Shown: positions 58,639-64,000 of the stretch, one piece after another
How the letters are laid out: each line of letters starts with the position of its first letter
Numbering within the stretch: position 1 is the first letter of the stretch
Assembly: GCA_014905635.1 (NCBI GenBank)
Contig: JABVCE010000052.1
Span: forward strand, 1-64,000
Direction: 5' to 3'
From: Scenedesmus sp. PABB004
Lineage: Eukaryota
DNA length: 64,000 bases
Translations under genes and position numbers: made by a program
Notes under the pieces: generated by a model
What the model was told of the DNA's origin: nothing
The model's database searches: none
What the model saw: the letters and a program-made list of their open reading frames with translations, nothing else

Positions 58639-58935
58639 ATGGCCTGCACGGCCGACTGCCCGTGGCACCACTCCCACCGCTCCCCGGTGGCGCCCGTGCC
58701 CGTCCTCCTCCTCCTCCCGGAGGGCGAGGGCTCGTGCTCTCTCGCCGCCGGCGACAGCGGCTGCCCGCACTGCGGCAGCGCCGACGGCGGCTGCCCGTGC
58801 GACGGCAGCATGATGAGCGACGAGCCCGAGGTGCTCAGCGCCCTCGCGCCGCACGGCGGCGGCGGCCGCTGCGCGCGGCACCACCTGCACCGCGTGCGGC
58901 GCTACGCCGACCTCTGCGGCCTCGTCGCACACTGA
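58639..58935 (+). CDS. Small Cys/His-rich protein (98 aa), possibly metal-binding
   Basis: MACTADCPWHHSH...GCPHCG..GGCPCDG...RCARHHLH...LCGLVAH*. Strong C/G third-position bias, unlike the shadow ORFs. Confidence 0.55.
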   Translation: MACTADCPWHHSHRSPVAPVPVLLLLPEGEGSCSLAAGDSGCPHCGSADGGCPCDGSMMSDEPEVLSALAPHGGGGRCARHHLHRVRRYADLCGLVAH

Positions 58936-59593
58936 TCTGCCCGCCTGCCGCGAGGCCCGGCGCGCGCCCTCGCAGCCGGCGCGCCACGCCGGCCGGCGAC
59001 CGCGCCGCCGGCGCGCACGTATGAGGCCCCTGCATGCACATTGCATGCGCGCGACCGGCGCGCCGGGCGCGTCCCGGCCGCCCGGCCGCGGCCTCGCGGC
59101 GGCACGTTGCTGGCGCGAATCAACGCGGCCCCGCCGCGCCGCGGCCATTCCCTGTCGCGCCGATATTCTTGTGGCGCGCGCGCGCGCGCCCCCGGGCGCG
59201 CGCCGCGCCGCCGTGTTGACTGTGGTTGCGCCCGCCGCCGTGTTGGCCGCGGCGGGTGATTGACTCGCCCATTGGGATTTCACCAGGCAGGCGGGGAGGT
59301 TTTTGGCCGCGCGTGCTCACGGGTGCCCCGCGAGCACGGCGCGGCGCTCCCCGCTCGCCCCTCCAGCCCGATTGCTGGGGGCTCTGGCTCTCTTGTCGCC
59401 GCGCGCGCACCGCGCTCTGGTGCTGCCAGCACCCAAAACTTGTCTTGAACCTTTTGCTCGCACGCATGCTCTGCTGCAAGCGGGCGCCGCCCGCCGCCGC
59501 CGCGCGATGGCGCGCGCGGAGCGGGCGGGGAAGGGGGAAGGTGGGACGGCACACGCCCGCAATACGGGCGCCGTCTTGTTTGTGTTTGTGTGG

Positions 59594-59598
<5 letters not shown>

Positions 59599-59637
<39 letters not shown>
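59599..59637. repeat. (TG)n microsatellite
   Basis: Direct reading of the sequence. Confidence 0.9.
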
Positions 59638-59638
<1 letters not shown>

Positions 59639-60032
59639 TGGAGGTTGTGTGCCAAGGGAGGAAGGGAGGGCTGCAGCGCCGCAGGCACCGCCTGCGGCCC
59701 CACAGCCGGCTTGACGCGCGGCCCGCGTTCACCCTTGAGTCCGCAGGCAGGCAGGGTCGCAGCGCCCGTCCGGGCGCGCACGCCACACCACCACACCACC
59801 ACCGCCACAGCTCGGGTTGGTCTTGAAACCCAGGATTCTTTCTTGGGCCGCCACGGCGGCCCCGCCGCCCCCACTTGCATGCATGCGCGTTGTACATCAT
59901 CACGTGAGGCGCGGCGCAAGGCATTCGGCCCGCGGCCTGCCCCCTGTACGTCTTGCGTGCGATTGCGCTTTGACCAGCTGCGTGCGTGCGTGCGTGCGTG
60001 ATGAAGATGCGTTGATGCGTTGACCAGGTAAA

Positions 60033-60750
60033 CTGCGTCCGATCGGCGGGCCGGCGCGGCGCCTTCTCTTGCCGGAGCAGCGGGCCCCCATCCCGTGCCC
60101 GCCCGCGGCGGCAGCGCTCGCGCGGACGCCGCACCTGTGCCGCACGGGCTACCCTAATGCCGACGGCCTCAGATCGGCGCTGCTCGCCCTGCCGCAGCGA
60201 TCACGCGCGCTGGCGGGCGGAGGCGTGCGGGAGTGTTGGGAGCGGGCGCAGTACTCGCTGCTGTGGCTGTGAGTGTTGCGCGTGGGCGTGCGTCGTGACT
60301 GGCGGCCGGGCGGCAGCGCAGCGAGGCAGCCTCGGCGCGTCACCAGCGCCTGACCCGCGCCCTCTCGCCGCCTCGCCTCCCGGGCGCCCGAGACGCCCGC
60401 GAGCTGCGCGTCCGCCGCCGCGCACCAGTGCCGACCCCCTCACCGCCCGCCGCCGCCGCCGTCACCCGCGGCCCGCTCACGCCACGCCCCCGACGGCGCC
60501 CGGGCCGGCGCCGGGGACGAGCTCCGCCAGGTCGCGCTCGGCGTGCGCGCCCGCGGCGGACAGGTGGCCAAACAGCCAGCTGGTGGCCACGAACAGCGCG
60601 AGCGCGCCCGCGAGCGCGACGTAGAGCTGCCGCACGAGCGTCTCCAGCTGCGCGGTGAGGTCGCCCAGCAGGAACGCGCCGCCGCACAGGCAGTTCCAGG
60701 GCAGCCCCAGCACCGCCGCGATCAGGCCCAGGTCGGCGCAGCCGGGCGGG
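60033..60750 (-). repeat. Inverted duplication, right arm
   Basis: Reverse complement of 57786-58503. Confidence 0.95.
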
Positions 60751-61755
60751 CACGGCGTGACGCCGCCCGCGCCCAGCCCGGCCTGCGCGGGCGCCGCCAC
60801 GGCTGCGGCCGCGGCCGCGGGCGCGGGCGCGGGCGCAGGCGCGAGCGCCGGCGCTGCGGGCGGGAACCAGGGCGGCGCGGGGCCGCTGCCGCCGCCGCCG
60901 GCGCCGCGCGCCGCGGAGAGCGCGCCAGACATCATGGTCAGCCACGTGATGCTGCCGCCCAGCGCGACCGTGGCGAGCGCGAGCAGGAGCACCCAGTTGG
61001 CGACGTTGACCTTGGCCGCGGTGGTCACCCAGTTGCTCAGTGACAGGCCCGTCGCTGCGGCGCGGCAACGGCGGCGGCGGCGGCGGTCGCGCGGGTGAGG
61101 GCGGCGCGCTTGCTGGCGCGGCGGGCCGCGGGCTGGGCCAGGCGGCGGCGGCGCCGCCGCGTCCGCGTCGCTCACCGCCGCCGCCGCCGCGCGGGCGGGC
61201 GCCGCGGGGCGGCCCGCCTCGAGCCAGAGGTTGGCGCCCAGCACGCACGCAGCGGCGGGGCTGAGCACGAGCACCGCGGCCAGCACGCTGGCCTTGAGCC
61301 GGTCCACCCCCTCCGCCGTCACGCCCAGGTCGCCCATCGCGGCGACCGTCGTGGAGCGCGCCGCGAGCATGCCGCCCGCCCACAGGGGGAGGCCGACCAG
61401 GAAGAGACCCGCGCAGGCCAGCGGCACCGCCGGCACCGTCACGCCGCCGCTGCAGAGGCGGGCGCGGCGCGGGGTCGCGAGCGGAGCGGTGAGCTGGGAG
61501 CGAGCTGGGAGGTGCCTGGGCGCGCGCCGGCAGGGCGGCGGCGAGCGGCGGCGCGCGGCGGCGGCGGCAGCAGCGGCGCACATGGTCACGAGCCGGCGCC
61601 TGGCCGCATCCCGGGGCGCCGCCCACGGCGCCGCCGCAGGCAGGCTCTCGTAACTGCGGGTCGCAGCGGGGGCAGGCGGGCGTGAGCGGGCGCGACCCCC
61701 AGGCGCGAGCGAGTGCGGCCTGGCGACAGCCCTGGCAGCCTCACCGCGGCTGCAT
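60477..61755 (-). CDS. Hypothetical multi-pass membrane protein
   Basis: Spliced model MQPR|YESLP...LVTI|GGVTVPAVPLACAGLFLVGLPLW... with about 4 hydrophobic segments and a CPPGC.DL...C.C loop. Confidence 0.65.
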
Positions 61756-61909
61756 CGCGCGCGCGTCACGGTCAGCGACGACTCGGATCGGGGAGTGCGG
61801 GGAGCGCGCAGCGGCGGCGGCCGCGGCGTCGCGCAGAAGAGTGGCGCGGCGGGCGAGGGTTCTCGGCCGGTCGTCACCGCCGCGGCCGCAGCGCCGCCGC
61901 CCCGACTGC

Positions 61910-63456
61910 TCACGCCGCCGCCACGCCGCCGCCGTCGCCGCCGCCGCGGCGCCCCAGGCCGCCGCCGGCCGCGCGCCACCCAGCGCCGCCGCGCTGCCCG
62001 CCGCCCGCGCCGTGCTCCTCCCACCACGCCAGCCGCGCGGCCTGCTCCGGCCAGTCCTTGGACGCCTCCCGCTCCCAGCGCCGGATGTGGCGCAGCTGCG
62101 GCCGGGCGCCGCGTGCGCGCGGTCGGCCGGTCGCCGCCGGCGCCCTCGCCCGCCCCGCCCCGCGCTGCCGCCTGGCCTGCCGCGCCAGCGCGCCGCACCT
62201 CTGTGCGCCGCGCCTCGCGCACGCTCTTGGGGTCGTGCTTGTGTGAGAACATGAGGTCCAGGTGGTGCGCGCCCTGGCGCCACGCGCGGCAACGGCGGCA
62301 GGGTCGGGGCGCCGCGCCGCGCTGCCCCCCCCCCCCCGCCGCACCTCTGGGATGACCAGCGCCACGATCGACTCGCTCACGTCGGCCAGCACGCCGCCGC
62401 CGGACCACGGGTCTAGTTTTCCGTTACTCAGCACAATGTTGCTGCCCCCCCAATGTCACGCCCGCCCCACTGCGGCCCCACGGTCGAGGCGGCAGCGGGG
62501 GTGAGGCTGGCGCGGCGCAGCAGGCGGGCGGGGGGCGGCGGCGGCGCGGCGCGCGGCGCCGCCGCGCCTGCGTGACGGGCCAGGCCTTGGAGCGCGGGCC
62601 GACGCCCCAGCGCGACACGCAGCCCTCCGCCGCGGCAGTGAAGTCAAAGGGCTCGTCCCAGAACATGTCGGTCTCTGTAGGTGTGTGTGGTGTGTGGTGT
62701 GGGTGTGGGTGTGGGTGTGGGTGTGGGTGTGGGTGTGTGTGTGTGGGGGGGGGGGGGGGGGGGGGGGAGGTGGGGCAGGCCAGGCGCGTCGCGCCCCCCG
62801 GGAGGCCGCGGCGCTGCGGCCCGCCGTGGGGCAGCGCCCGCGGCGGCGCGGCGGCGGCGCGCGCACCACCGTCCTTGGCCGCCGGCATGATGAGCTCGGT
62901 GCACCACTGCCAGTCCCACAGCGCCCCGTCCTCGTCCGACTCGGGGCTGGGGCCCTAAAGGCGCGCGGCACGCGGCGGCAGGGGGCGGTGGTGTGCCGCC
63001 AGGCCCCGCGCCGCAGCGCCCCCCCGCGCCGCCCCCCTTGCAGCGGGGGGTCGGGGCGCCCCGCGGCGGGGCTCGCGGCGCCCCGGCGCGGCGCCGCACC
63101 AGGCCGGGCGCGAGGCAGTCGAGTGTGCCGGTGAAGTTGTAGAGCACGCCCGCGGCCTGACCCAGGGCTGCAGGGTTTGGGGTTGGGGTGGTTTAGGGTT
63201 CAGGGGGGCGGCGGGGCGGGGCGGTCAGCGGCGGGCGGGCGCGCGGGGCGGCGCCGCGACCCCGAGCGGCCCCCCCTCCCGCCAGCACGCGCGGGCGCGG
63301 CGCGCCCGCGTGCTGCGAATGCCGCAGCTGCCGCGCGACCGCCACGGCATCAGTAGCACACGAGCGCGCCGCGCCGGCGGCGGCGCTGCGCGGCGCTGCG
63401 CGCCGTGCGGCGCGCACGGCGCGTGCCATGCAGCGCGCGCGTGCAGCGCGTCTGAC

Positions 63457-63492
<36 letters not shown>

Positions 63493-63676
63493 CCCCCCCC
63501 CCCCGCACCCCGCATGAGGTCGAGGCCGTCGCTCGGGTGCGCCGCGGCCATGGCCGCGCACGCGGCCCGCACGGGGAAGGGTGGCAGGTCGCCCGCGCCG
63601 TTGGTCATGTAGGCGCTGGGGTAGGGGTAGTCGCCCATGGCCAGGTAGTCCCTGGTGGGTGTGTGGGGGGTGGGGT

Positions 63677-63708
<32 letters not shown>

Positions 63709-64000
63709 GTGGGGGGGGGGGGGGGGGGGGGGGGGGAGGAGGGAGCGCGAGGGGCGTGCAAGGGAGGGGCGTGAGGGAGGGAAGGGGCGCGGGGCCGGCG
63801 GCCGCCGCGGGCGTGCCTGCCTGCCGCCCCCCCCACCCACACCCACACCCCTTTCAAACACACAGCAACGCGCGCGCACCAGGCGGACGCCAGGTAGTCC
63901 CGCAGCGCCAGCACGTCGTCCCGGCCCCGCAGCTGTGCGTCGGGGCAGAGGCGCAGCGCGGCGCCGAGGTCGGCCCGGCCGCCGACGTCGCTGCCGAGCG
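61910..64000 (-). CDS. PRCP: Lysosomal Pro-X carboxypeptidase (peptidase S28), 3' part; gene continues beyond the window
   Basis: LAMGDYPYPS, LPPFPV..AC, YNFTG...C, WDWQWCTEL.MP, SNIVLSNG.LDPWSGGGV, GAHHLDL. Apparent 1-nt frameshift in the C7 run at 62445-62451. Confidence 0.92.

Noticed and set aside
59998..60036. C-box-like GTGATGA suggesting a C/D snoRNA
   Set aside because: There is no properly placed CTGA D box or terminal stem.
62445..62451. Frameshift in PRCP (WGGRDI to SNIVLSNG needs one more G)
   Set aside because: It lies in a homopolymer while the visible catalytic Asp and His motifs are intact, so a sequencing error is more likely than pseudogenisation. Check the reads.
62690..63734. 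Poly-G/poly-C and (GTGTGG)n tracts in PRCP introns as G-quadruplex elements
   Set aside because: Such tracts are common in introns throughout the window, homopolymer lengths are unreliable, and nothing specific indicates function.

Overview
Left end of a very GC-rich eukaryotic chromosome, most likely a chlorophycean green alga. The evidence is a (CCCTAAA)n telomere at 1-227, TGTAA poly(A) signals, short GC-rich spliceosomal introns and a green-algal gene set. Genes start about 1.1 kb from the telomere and are densely packed. In order: HUP/STP hexose transporter, complex I 51-kDa subunit, an unknown organelle-targeted protein, pyridoxal reductase, tubulin cofactor B, RING-H2 E3 ligase, Rh channel, an mTERF-like gene, ycf45-like ATPase, apyrase, SWEET, EVE protein, a second mTERF-like gene, a SnRK2-like probable pseudokinase, a ~15-kb coiled-coil gene, a UAA-family transporter, MUS81, a small Cys/His-rich ORF, a membrane protein and a partial prolylcarboxypeptidase. 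The most notable observations are five. (1) GC-AG introns are unusually frequent (4 of 8 in the complex I gene). (2) A patchwork at 18.7-20.4 kb contains a head-to-head telomere-like scar, a truncated Rh 5' copy and an mTERF-like gene that shares a duplicated promoter and N-terminus with the gene at 7.1-8.5 kb. (3) A ~720-bp inverted duplication brackets the Cys/His ORF. (4) Two TTAA-bounded 63-bp hairpin-plus-tail elements sit next to the telomere. (5) The SnRK2-like kinase lacks the catalytic Asp. Gene models were built by eye; most long ORFs in the track are GC-rich shadow frames.
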